Source: Alcanivoracaceae bacterium (lineage in GTDB: Bacteria; Pseudomonadota; Gammaproteobacteria; Xanthomonadales; Marinicellaceae). From it: DNA of 64,000 nucleotides. The translations under genes and the position numbers were made by a program. The notes beneath the pieces are model-generated. The model searched no databases. It saw only the letters and a list, made by a program, of their open reading frames with translations, and was not told the origin of the DNA. Position 1 is the first letter of the stretch; each line of letters starts with the position of its first letter. The stretch is taken from positions 225 through 64,224 of the forward strand of contig JAESTH010000158.1 in NCBI GenBank assembly GCA_016763695.1. The letters run 5' to 3'. Below are positions 55,517-64,000 of the stretch, in pieces.

Positions 55517-57298
55517 ATGCAACATATTCGTAACTTTTCCATTATTGCACATATTGACCATGGCAAATCCACTTTAGCAGATAGATTTATTCAGCATTGT
55601 GGTGGATTGTCCGAACGAGAAATGGAAAAACAAGTTCTGGATACAATGGATATCGAAAAAGAGCGAGGGATAACGATTAAGGCTCAAGCTGTCAGTCTGG
55701 ATTATACTGCCAAAGATGGTATAACCTATCATTTAAACTTTATTGACACCCCTGGGCATGTTGATTTTTCTTATGAAGTGTCACGTTCATTAGCGGCTTG
55801 TGAGGGGGCGTTATTAGTTGTAGATGCAGCCCAAGGTGTTGAAGCACAAAGTGTGGCTAACTGTTATACCGCAATTGAGCAGGGCCTAGAGGTTTTACCT
55901 GTTATTAATAAAATTGATTTACCTTCTGCTGATATAGAAAAAGTCAAACAGGAAATAGAAGATGTGATAGGGATTGATGCCAGTGAAGCCACTTTAACCA
56001 GTGCAAAAACGGGTGCTGGTATTGAAGATGTATTAGAAGCCATAATCAAGCATATTCCTCCACCAACAGGTGATATCAATAAACCATTACAGGCATCCAT
56101 TATTGACTCATGGTTTGATAATTATTTAGGTGTTGTTTCTCTGATACGTGTATTTAATGGCAAGCTACAGAAGAAGGATAAAATTAGAATCATGTCATTG
56201 AAGACAGATCATGTGGCAGATAATATAGGTATATTTACTCCCAAAAGATTAGAAACTGCTATGTTGACTTGTGGGCAAGTGGGTTTTGTTTCGGCCTCAA
56301 TAAAAAATGTGCATGGTGCTCCAGTTGGAGATACTATTACATTGACTAAAGATCCAGCAAGTGAATCTCTGCCTGGTTTTATGGAGTCTCAACCCCGAGT
56401 ATTTGCAGGTTTGTTTCCTACTTCAGCGGATGATTATCAGGGTCTCAGAGAGGCGCTGGATAAATTAAGACTAAATGATGCAGCCCTGGATTTTGAGCCA
56501 GAGTCATCAACAGCACTGGGTTTTGGTTTTAGATGTGGTTTCCTAGGCATGTTGCATATGGAAGTCATACAGGAAAGGATTGAACGTGAGTTTGACATAG
56601 ATTTAATTACCACCGCACCAACAGTAATATATGAATTAGTCAATAATAAAGGCAATCTTGAAAAATTGGATAACCCTGCTGATTTGCCAGAGTTCTATCA
56701 GGAAATTCGTGAGCCCATGATTATTGCCAATATATTGCTGCCCAATGATTATGTCGGTAATGTTATTGGATTATGTATTGAAAAACGTGGCATACAGAAA
56801 AATATACAATACATGGGTACTCAGGTCTCATTACAATTTTTGCTACCATTAAGTGAAGTGGTACTGGATTTTTTTGATAGATTAAAATCTGTGTCTCGTG
56901 GTTATGCATCATTTGATTATGAGTTCAGTCATTTTGAAACTGGTGACTTAATCCGTTTGGACATACTCATCAATGGTGAGCTTGTAGATGCTTTATCTGT
57001 TTTAACTCACAGAGCAAAAGCACAAAAGCGTGGCAGAGAATTAGCCGATAAACTGAAAGAGCTAATACCCAGGCAAATGTTTGATGTCGCGATTCAGGCT
57101 GCAATAGGCTCACATATTATTGCCAGAACTACAGTTAAAGCATTAAGAAAGAATGTAACGGCGAAATGCTATGGTGGTGATGCCAGTCGTAAAAAGAAGT
57201 TATTGGAAAAACAAAAAGCGGGCAAGAAACGCATGAAGCAGATTGGTAGGGTAGAAGTGCCTCAGTCAGCATTTTTAGCCATTTTAAAAGTAGATTAA
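55517..57298 (+). CDS. lepA: translation elongation factor 4
   Basis: [21 protein letters not shown]1 motif. [13 protein letters not shown]. LepA-specific C-terminal domain. Confidence 0.95.
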   Translation: MQHIRNFSIIAHIDHGKSTLADRFIQHCGGLSEREMEKQVLDTMDIEKERGITIKAQAVSLDYTAKDGITYHLNFIDTPGHVDFSYEVSRSLAACEGALLVVDAAQGVEAQSVANCYTAIEQGLEVLPVINKIDLPSADIEKVKQEIEDVIGIDASEATLTSAKTGAGIEDVLEAIIKHIPPPTGDINKPLQASIIDSWFDNYLGVVSLIRVFNGKLQKKDKIRIMSLKTDHVADNIGIFTPKRLETAMLTCGQVGFVSASIKNVHGAPVGDTITLTKDPASESLPGFMESQPRVFAGLFPTSADDYQGLREALDKLRLNDAALDFEPESSTALGFGFRCGFLGMLHMEVIQERIEREFDIDLITTAPTVIYELVNNKGNLEKLDNPADLPEFYQEIREPMIIANILLPNDYVGNVIGLCIEKRGIQKNIQYMGTQVSLQFLLPLSEVVLDFFDRLKSVSRGYASFDYEFSHFETGDLIRLDILINGELVDALSVLTHRAKAQKRGRELADKLKELIPRQMFDVAIQAAIGSHIIARTTVKALRKNVTAKCYGGDASRKKKLLEKQKAGKKRMKQIGRVEVPQSAFLAILKVD

Positions 57299-57312
57299 TA
57301 AGAAGAATAAAC

Positions 57313-58101
57313 ATGAATGAAATACATTTCGATTTTGAGGCATTTTTAGCCATAGCAAGCTTAGTAACTGGGCTATTATGGATGATGTCTTTTTATTTTA
57401 GAAAAAAAAATACAAAGCTTACATTTGCAGTAAACACCATAGAGCAAGTCGGATCATTTTTTCCGGTTCTTATTTTTGTATTGGTGGTCAGAACATTTGT
57501 TTTTGAACCATTTAGAATCCCCTCCTCATCCATGATGCCGACACTGTTAACAGGAGATTTTATTTACGTAAATAAATTTGCTTATGGACTTAAAGTCCCT
57601 GTTTTTCATGACACAATACTGGAAATAGGCGAGCCAGAAAGAGGAGATATTATTGTTTTTAGGTTTCCTGAAAATCAATCAGTGGATTATATTAAAAGAG
57701 TGGTGGGTCTGCCTGGGGATAAAATTCGTTATGATATACGCAAGAAAGAATTGTATATAGATGGTAAATTAATCAAACAGGAATTAGTAGGTTCGTATCA
57801 GGGTTTAATGGATGATCCGAATTCAAAAGGTTTGATAATGAAATATGAGAACCTGGGTGAGAAAAAACACATGATGTTTACTCAAAACTATCGATATGGG
57901 CCGACAAAATTTTTAAATGTGACGGTACCAGAAGGACACTATTTCGCATTGGGAGACAATCGTGACAATAGCGCGGATAGTAGAGATTGGGGCTTTATTC
58001 CCCAAAGGAACCTGGTTGGAAGAGCTGTATTTATTTGGATGCATTGGCGTACTTCAGACTTCATTGAAGGTTTAAAACGTATTGGAACAAAATTAATCTA
58101 A
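57313..58101 (+). CDS. lepB: signal peptidase I
   Basis: Catalytic Ser box IPSSSMMPTL. Lys box YIKRVVGLPGD. GDNRDNSADSR box. Confidence 0.9.
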   Translation: MNEIHFDFEAFLAIASLVTGLLWMMSFYFRKKNTKLTFAVNTIEQVGSFFPVLIFVLVVRTFVFEPFRIPSSSMMPTLLTGDFIYVNKFAYGLKVPVFHDTILEIGEPERGDIIVFRFPENQSVDYIKRVVGLPGDKIRYDIRKKELYIDGKLIKQELVGSYQGLMDDPNSKGLIMKYENLGEKKHMMFTQNYRYGPTKFLNVTVPEGHYFALGDNRDNSADSRDWGFIPQRNLVGRAVFIWMHWRTSDFIEGLKRIGTKLI

Positions 58102-58109
58102 AATAGAAG

Positions 58110-58245
58110 GTAACTACTTCGCCCCCCCCATCATTCCTGCGAGGGCAGGAATCTATTGGAAAAAGTGACTAGATTGAGTGAGAATGATCAGTATTATTTG
58201 TGAGGTTACCGCCTTCGAGGTAATGGCTAGAGGGCGAGCAGTTAC
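58110..58245 (-). repeat. MITE-like repeat, full copy d (~136 nt, inverted relative to copies a and c)
   Basis: Its reverse complement is collinear with 6430-6559, including the central CTCACAA-ATA-ACTGAT-TCTCACT-TCTAGT core. Confidence 0.65.
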
Positions 58246-58353
58246 TGGTAATCTATGATTAGCGGGTTTTTTGTTTGCATACAAGTAGCAAATAATTGAA
58301 AACTTGTCAGGCCATTGCTAGAATGACAATAATGACAGAAGAGAATTAATAAA

Positions 58354-58719
58354 ATGAAATTAAAAACAAAACAAAAAGGCCTATCCTTAATCGGCTTGTT
58401 GATAGTCATGAGCTTTATTGGATTTTTTGCTTATGCTGGTATACGCTTAGGTCCAATATACAATGAATATTATTCAGTTGTAAAAGCGATGGAATTAGTT
58501 GCAAATAAACCAGGTGCAGCCAATAAATCACCTTCAGTAATTAAGACAGAAATGCTGAAGAGCTTCTATACCAGTTATGTGGAAAGGGTAAAGAAAAAAG
58601 ACATTAAAATCCTCAGAAGCCGTGGTAAGCAACTACAAGTAAAGTATGAAGTAAGAGAACCATTTATTGGTAACCTAGATTTTTTAATACATTTTGAAAA
58701 AACAATTCCACTGAAATAA
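58354..58719 (+). CDS. DUF4845 domain-containing protein
   Basis: A pilin-like N-terminal hydrophobic segment (KGLSLIGLLIVMSFIGF). It sits in the conserved lepB-rnc intergenic position seen in other gammaproteobacteria. Confidence 0.6.
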   Translation: MKLKTKQKGLSLIGLLIVMSFIGFFAYAGIRLGPIYNEYYSVVKAMELVANKPGAANKSPSVIKTEMLKSFYTSYVERVKKKDIKILRSRGKQLQVKYEVREPFIGNLDFLIHFEKTIPLK

Positions 58720-58744
58720 TATGGAATGACTCTTTTTTGTAATT

Positions 58745-59413
58745 ATGACTAAAATACTAGGCCAAGATATAGAGTTTAAGGATTCAAATATATTAAAACA
58801 GGCACTCACACATAGAAGTGCTGGAAAAAATAACAATGAAAGGCTGGAGTTTTTAGGGGACAGCATCTTAAGTTTTGTCATAACTAAATGGTTATTTCAT
58901 CATTTTAGCGATTTATCTGAAGGCAAACTAACAATAATACGGGCAAGTCTAGTTAAAGGAGTAACATTGGCGGATATTGGTAGGTATTATAATGTAGGTG
59001 AACAAATGATATTGGGTGTAGGCGAACTAAAATCAGGAGGGTTTAACCGCTCGAGTGTATTGGCAGATATGGTGGAGTCAATATTTGCTGCGGTATTTAT
59101 AGATAAAGGTATTGATGTTGTTGAGAAATTTATTCTTGATGTTATGCACTTGTGGCTGCAAAAAGTCGATCCAACTATTAGTGATAAAGATGCCAAGACA
59201 AGGTTGCAGGAATATTTACAAAAACAGGGTTTTTCAACGCCTTGTTATTCTCTGATTGAAAAATCTGGTAAAGATCATCTACAGACCTTTAAAATGAAGT
59301 GTGCTGTTGTAGAGTTACAGCTGGCTGAAGTAGCGGTAAACAGAAGTCGCAAAAAAGCAGAACAACAGGCAGCAGAAAAGATTCTCAATAAAATTGAAAA
59401 ACATCATGAATAA
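58745..59413 (+). CDS. rnc: ribonuclease III
   Basis: Signature NERLEFLGDSIL and a C-terminal dsRBD. Confidence 0.95.
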   Translation: MTKILGQDIEFKDSNILKQALTHRSAGKNNNERLEFLGDSILSFVITKWLFHHFSDLSEGKLTIIRASLVKGVTLADIGRYYNVGEQMILGVGELKSGGFNRSSVLADMVESIFAAVFIDKGIDVVEKFILDVMHLWLQKVDPTISDKDAKTRLQEYLQKQGFSTPCYSLIEKSGKDHLQTFKMKCAVVELQLAEVAVNRSRKKAEQQAAEKILNKIEKHHE

Positions 59414-60296
59414 ATGTGGTTACGTAGCTGTTATTGGTAGGCCTAATGTGGGTAAATCAACCCTGATAAATAAAATAGTGGGCGAAAAGGTAAGCATAGT
59501 CACTGCAAAACCCCAAACCACTAGGCATCAAATTCTTGCTATTGAGACCAGTAAAAAAGGACAAATTTTATTTATTGATACCCCTGGTATGCACGTAGGT
59601 CATAAAAAAGCCCTCAATAAATATATGAATAGAGCCGCAGCATTATCAGTATTTAATGTTGATCTGATTCTGTTTCTGGTTGAATCCCTGAAGTGGACCA
59701 GAGATGATGAACAAGCCTTGAAGGCACTGGAAAATGCTAAAGCCCCTGTTATTTTGGTTATCAATAAGGCTGACCTCATTAAAAATAAAGAAAAATTACT
59801 ACCTTATGCTAATAGTCTGTGTCAGCAATATAATTTTAAGGAAATATTTTATATTTCTGCAACAAAAGGCAAAGGCACAGGTGATTTGGAAAATAAAATA
59901 TACCATTATCTTCCAGAGTCAGAAAACTTTTTTGCAGAAGATCAATTAACAGATAAATCAACCAAATATTTAATTTCCGAATTAATTCGTGAACAACTGA
60001 TGCTGCGTTTACATCAGGAGTTGCCTTATAGCCTGACGGTTGAAGTTGAGTCATATAAAGATAAGGGACATATTGTCCATATTCATGCACTGATATGGGT
60101 GGAAAGGGAAACTCAAAAAAATATGTTAATAGGTAAACATGGAGCATCATTAAAACATGTTGGCATAGAGGCCAGAAAAGAAATTCAGAACCTTGTTGGT
60201 AAGAAAGTTCATTTAAAATTGTGGGCAAAAGTTAAATCTGCTTGGGCAGATAATGATAGGCTTTTGCAGCAACTGGGTTATAAAGATGATTTTTAA
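59394..60296 (+). CDS. era: GTPase Era
   Basis: G1 GRPNVGKST, G3 DTPG, G4 NKAD, C-terminal KH domain. An alternative start lies at 59406. Confidence 0.9.
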   Translation: MKNIMNKCGYVAVIGRPNVGKSTLINKIVGEKVSIVTAKPQTTRHQILAIETSKKGQILFIDTPGMHVGHKKALNKYMNRAAALSVFNVDLILFLVESLKWTRDDEQALKALENAKAPVILVINKADLIKNKEKLLPYANSLCQQYNFKEIFYISATKGKGTGDLENKIYHYLPESENFFAEDQLTDKSTKYLISELIREQLMLRLHQELPYSLTVEVESYKDKGHIVHIHALIWVERETQKNMLIGKHGASLKHVGIEARKEIQNLVGKKVHLKLWAKVKSAWADNDRLLQQLGYKDDF

Positions 60297-60979
60297 TGAG
60301 TTTTTATAAAGAAACAGTTGGCTATATAATACATCAGAGAAATTTCAAGGATACAAGCTTAATTATTGAATTTTTTAGTCAAGAGCAAGGAATGATTCAC
60401 TTGATTGCCAAGGGTGTTAAAAAAAACAAAAAATTAAAATCACAAATACAGCCTTTTTGTTTATTAAAGGTTCAATATTTTGGGCGGTCACAATTAAAGA
60501 CAATTTCTCAAATCAATATACTCAAAAATCATCAACAAAATGGCCTTATTGAAAAAACTGCAGGGCAGTATCTAAACGAACTCATACACTATAGCCTAAC
60601 CGAAAATGATAATGCAGAACCATTATTTGCATGTTATGAAAATATTCTGACCAAGCTTGGTCAATACAAATTAACTCCCTTATTGAGGTTATTTGAAAAA
60701 GAATTGCTGAAATATAGTGGCTTTGAACTTAATGTGGATGCTTTTACAGAGCCAGATAATTGGTTAACTATTGATGAGCAATTAGGTTTAATCGAGACAA
60801 ATATTGATTCTCAAAAAATTTGCAAGGTAAGTGATCTGAAATTATTTCTTGATGGTGATACACTAGATTTTGTATCGCAAAAAAGATTGAATAAGATTAT
60901 GTTACGTACTATCGATATGAGCTTGTCCTATAGAAGAGTTTATGCTCGTGAGCTTTTGCGTTCAATCATGACTAAGTAG
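60296..60979 (+). CDS. recO: DNA repair protein RecO
   Basis: 227 aa. TAATG overlap with era. Conserved rnc-era-recO synteny and an N-terminal OB-fold region. Confidence 0.8.
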   Translation: MSFYKETVGYIIHQRNFKDTSLIIEFFSQEQGMIHLIAKGVKKNKKLKSQIQPFCLLKVQYFGRSQLKTISQINILKNHQQNGLIEKTAGQYLNELIHYSLTENDNAEPLFACYENILTKLGQYKLTPLLRLFEKELLKYSGFELNVDAFTEPDNWLTIDEQLGLIETNIDSQKICKVSDLKLFLDGDTLDFVSQKRLNKIMLRTIDMSLSYRRVYARELLRSIMTK

Positions 60980-61183
60980 TGTCTGAGCAAGATAGGATAA
61001 TCTACTGCGAAAAGCTGAATTTTGTCAAAACATCCTGCTATTTTCCTCAAACCATGAAAAATTATTGCCTCAAACCAGACTTTTTCTCGCTACGACTACT
61101 TTCACTGTCAAGCACTAAATAATGAGTTGTTTTGCTCAAAACCAGGATTTCTCTCATTACGATTCCCTTTCTCGTTCAGGCAC
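60979..61183. repeat. cluster of three ~50-55-nt imperfect repeats (one forward, two inverted) plus a fragment
   Basis: Unit 1 at 60979-61031 (GTGTCTGAGCAAGATAGGATAATC ... TTTTGTCAAAAC) aligns with the reverse complements of 61066-61115 and 61129-61183. Confidence 0.55.
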
Positions 61184-61330
61184 TATGTCGCATTGTTATT
61201 TTACGGTTTTTATATTGTATAGAGGTCGATAAATAAAATTAACATGTGGTAATATAAACGGATTAGGAGGTAATGATCTATAGCAATATATGTTTTCTAC
61301 GATTAAAAATTAATCATTATATAAAATAAA

Positions 61331-62305
61331 TTGAAATTTAATATAAAAAATAGAAGAGCTCAATCAAAAATACTGTTAGTGTTGTCATTTGGTACCGCTA
61401 TTGGTATTTTGCCATTTACCATATTCAGGCTACTGCAACATGACTGGTATGTGGCTATTCTTGATATGGTTGTTTTAACAAGTATGAGTTCTATATTCTT
61501 CTATGTATATATAACGGACAATATAAAAATTGCCAGTTTGGCCCTCATTCTGGTAGCATTGGTTGGCACTGTTGTTTCTTTTTACTTAAAAGGCATTAGT
61601 CAAGTCACCTGGATTTACCCAGCCATGTTGTCAGCGTACTATATAATGAGTCCTAAAAAAGGCATGTATGTGAATTTACTCATGCTTACTTTTTATATAC
61701 CAAAATTAATTTCCACACTTGAAGTGGTCAATGTTGCTACCATTCTTTCAACAATCATTATTACCAATATAATTGCTTATGTTTTTGCTTCAGAACTAAG
61801 AAAACAGGCGATAGTTTTAAAAGAACTAGCATCTGTTGATTATCTGACTGAAACGGGGAATAGGCGGGCATTAGATGAAAAATTGGATCTGTTGCATATA
61901 ATATTAAAGAATCATGATAAAACAGCATCGTTAGTATTATTGGATTTAGATCATTTCAAAAAAGTAAATGACAGGTATGGTCATATCAAAGGTGATGAGG
62001 TTTTGGTGAAACTATCAAAATTATTAATTAAATATTATGAGGATTTTGGCACGGTGTTTAGATATGGTGGCGAAGAGTTTCTGGTTGTTTGCCCAAATAA
62101 AAATAAGAATGAAGTTTCAACAATGGCAGATGAATTGAGGGAAATTGTTAAAAAAGAAATCATCATGAAAAATAATGGACAGACAATATCTATTGGTGTT
62201 GCTGAATATGTGAAGGAAGAAAGTATTGATGACTGGGTTCATCGTACGGATCTGGCACTCTACCAGGCAAAAAATGCAGGCAGGAATAGGCTGGTAAAGG
62301 CTTAG
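61331..62305 (+). CDS. membrane-anchored diguanylate cyclase (GGDEF domain)
   Basis: About 5 N-terminal TM helices. DYLTETGNRR. Active-site RYGGEEF. The TTG start is as drawn and remains uncertain. Confidence 0.8.
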   Translation: MKFNIKNRRAQSKILLVLSFGTAIGILPFTIFRLLQHDWYVAILDMVVLTSMSSIFFYVYITDNIKIASLALILVALVGTVVSFYLKGISQVTWIYPAMLSAYYIMSPKKGMYVNLLMLTFYIPKLISTLEVVNVATILSTIIITNIIAYVFASELRKQAIVLKELASVDYLTETGNRRALDEKLDLLHIILKNHDKTASLVLLDLDHFKKVNDRYGHIKGDEVLVKLSKLLIKYYEDFGTVFRYGGEEFLVVCPNKNKNEVSTMADELREIVKKEIIMKNNGQTISIGVAEYVKEESIDDWVHRTDLALYQAKNAGRNRLVKA

Positions 62306-62572
62306 CCAGAATATTTCATACAATTGGAATAAAATGACTATATTTATTTTATATTTCATATGCTTAGATCTAAATTGTTACGCTTAAAGTTTGTACCTAA
62401 ATGGTTTTATGAAAAAAAATGATTTCATAGCTTAGGGAAAATTATGAATAACTAGGTATGAAACGATTTTACCCAATCTATTTTGTCGCTTTTCCCACAA
62501 ATTCCATTCTTGCATGAAATATTCGGGTTAGGATTAAGGTATAATGCCCCTATTTAATTATACCAGAAACAC

Positions 62573-64000
62573 ATGACGTCAGAATATAATCCGCGAATCT
62601 TGGAAAAAGCCATACAAAAAACATGGGATCAAGAAAAAACCTTCGAAGTAAAACCAGATCCAGCAAAAGAAAAGTTCTATTGTTTAAGTATGTTTGCTTA
62701 CCCAAGTGGAAACTTACATATGGGTCATGTCCGTAATTACACCATTGGAGATGTGATATCGCGCTATCAAAGAATGCTGGGTAAAAATGTTATGCAACCT
62801 ATGGGCTATGATGCTTTTGGATTGCCTGCGGAAAAAGCTGCAATAAACAATAACACAGCACCTGCCAAATGGACTTATGCAAATATGAATTATATGACCA
62901 ATCAATTTAAACAGTTGGGTCTGGCTTATGACTGGTCTAGAGAATTGGCGACATGTGATCCTCAATATTATAAATGGGAGCAGCAAATATTTGTTGATTT
63001 AATGCAAAAAGGGCTAGTTTACCGTAAAGATGCAACGGTTAATTGGGACCCTGTCGATCAAACTGTCCTTGCCAATGAACAGGTGATTGATGGTAGAGGC
63101 TGGCGTTCTGGTGCAATCGTTGAAAAGAAAACCATTCCACAATGGTCAATGAAAATAACTGCTTATGCTGAAGAATTATTGTCAGAGCTTGATAACTTGC
63201 CTGGTTGGCCTGATTCAGTTAAAACCATGCAAAGAAACTGGATAGGAAAGTCTAAGGGCATTGAGCTGGACTTTGAGGTAGAAGCCAATAAGTATTATGC
63301 AGATAAACTTTCCGTCTACACCACCAGGCCAGACACCTTATTTGGTGCCAGTTATTTAGCAGTTGCTCCAGAGCATGAATTAGCACTTAAGGCTGTAGAA
63401 CAAAACCCCGATTTACGCACTTTTCTGGATGATTGCAAAAAAGAGCAAAGCAATGAAGCGGCGATGGCAACAATGGAGAAGAAAGGTCAATTCAGTGGCT
63501 TCTATGCTATTCATCCATTTACTAACAAAAAGATCCCAGTGTGGATTGCCAATTTTGTGTTGATTAGCTATGGAACCGGTGCTGTAATGGCTGTTCCTGC
63601 ACATGATTTGAGAGATTGGGAGTTTGCCAATAAATATGATATTGCTATAAATCAGGTGATAGAGCCTCTTGATGGATCTGTCATTGATACCAGTAAAGCC
63701 GCTTATATTGAAAAAGGCCGATTGATTAATTCGGGTCGATTTGATGGTATGGATTTTGATCAGTCCTTTACAGCTATCAAACAGTATTTAGAAGGAAATA
63801 ATATTGGTAGAGAACAAATTAATTATCGTTTACGTGACTGGGGAGTCTCTAGACAGCGGTATTGGGGTTGTCCAATACCTGTGATCTACTGCGATGATTG
63901 TGGTACGGTTGCCGTGCCTAAAAAAGATCTTCCTGTGGTTTTACCTGAGGATGTGGTATTTGATAAAGAAGGTGGTTCACCCATTAAGAAAATGCCAGAT
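62573..64000 (+). CDS. leuS: leucine--tRNA ligase (3' end beyond the window)
   Basis: I translated this myself; it is not in the ORF track because it has no stop in the window. [26 protein letters not shown] ... [26 protein letters not shown], which contains the HIGH-type motif. Confidence 0.9.
   Translation, partial: MTSEYNPRILEKAIQKTWDQEKTFEVKPDPAKEKFYCLSMFAYPSGNLHMGHVRNYTIGDVISRYQRMLGKNVMQPMGYDAFGLPAEKAAINNNTAPAKWTYANMNYMTNQFKQLGLAYDWSRELATCDPQYYKWEQQIFVDLMQKGLVYRKDATVNWDPVDQTVLANEQVIDGRGWRSGAIVEKKTIPQWSMKITAYAEELLSELDNLPGWPDSVKTMQRNWIGKSKGIELDFEVEANKYYADKLSVYTTRPDTLFGASYLAVAPEHELALKAVEQNPDLRTFLDDCKKEQSNEAAMATMEKKGQFSGFYAIHPFTNKKIPVWIANFVLISYGTGAVMAVPAHDLRDWEFANKYDIAINQVIEPLDGSVIDTSKAAYIEKGRLINSGRFDGMDFDQSFTAIKQYLEGNNIGREQINYRLRDWGVSRQRYWGCPIPVIYCDDCGTVAVPKKDLPVVLPEDVVFDKEGGSPIKKMPD

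Noticed and set aside
60979-61183. The repeat cluster as a CRISPR array or integron attC sites.
   Set aside because: The units are imperfect and in mixed orientation, with no regular spacers and no cas genes. The ends do not fit the attC RYYYAAC/GTTRRRY cores, and there is no integrase.
62540-62545. TATAAT hexamer 28 nt upstream of leuS as its -10 box.
   Set aside because: The best -35-like hexamer (TTGCAT at 62510-62515) is 24 nt away, which is too far for a sigma-70 promoter. A hexamer alone in AT-rich DNA is not sufficient evidence.
1-64000. Scan for tRNA, rRNA, tmRNA, riboswitch-like leaders, CRISPR arrays, IS transposases, integrases and phage genes.
   Set aside because: I recognised no cloverleaf-like GC-rich ~75-nt segments, rRNA-like stretches, regular repeat-spacer arrays or transposase/integrase ORFs. 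The absence is by eye only and should be confirmed with tRNAscan, Infernal and ISfinder-type tools.

Overview
This is a chromosomal segment from an AT-rich gammaproteobacterium. The assignment rests on gene content and synteny: acpP-fabF-pabB-pabC-mltG-tmk-holB-pilZ, and rpoE-rseA-rseC-degP/mucD-lepA-lepB-rnc-era-recO-(gap)-leuS. About 55 protein genes can be supported. I saw no rRNA, tRNA, CRISPR array, transposase or integrase.

Most of the window is housekeeping. It also holds a minus-strand reductive pyrimidine catabolism cluster (preT, preA, beta-alanine:pyruvate transaminase, mmsA, beta-ureidopropionase, NCS1 permease). No dihydropyrimidinase gene is present, and a ParE/RelE toxin-antitoxin pair plus a MITE-like repeat sit inside the cluster.

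The most interesting region is a visibly AT-richer block at about 30.1-38.4 kb. It contains a full-length LanB-type lanthipeptide dehydratase (1068 aa). Directly upstream is an unannotated-size 57-aa precursor-like gene. Its leader combines an FxLx-like box with a textbook double-glycine motif (LTPSELDLVAGG), and its core is Thr/Ser-rich, polyproline and has a single Cys. No LanC cyclase, LanT/PCAT exporter, LanP protease or immunity genes are in the window.

The precursor gene and a small secreted Cys-containing ORF downstream of lanB share a duplicated ~52-nt upstream motif built from 9-bp direct repeats at 21-bp periodicity. The neighbouring gene is a Bacteroidetes-style hybrid sensor kinase/response regulator with an AraC-type output domain.

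Other observations:
- apparent single-nucleotide frameshifts in preA and in the normally essential lgt;
- a ~130-nt MITE-like repeat family (3 full copies plus 1 half copy);
- GC-rich hairpins in every intergenic gap of the pyrimidine operon;
- a perfect 17-bp palindrome in front of an RND efflux operon;
- a cluster of ~50-nt repeats after recO;
- an rpoE operon lacking rseB.

All functional calls come from motif recognition by eye. No database search was run.
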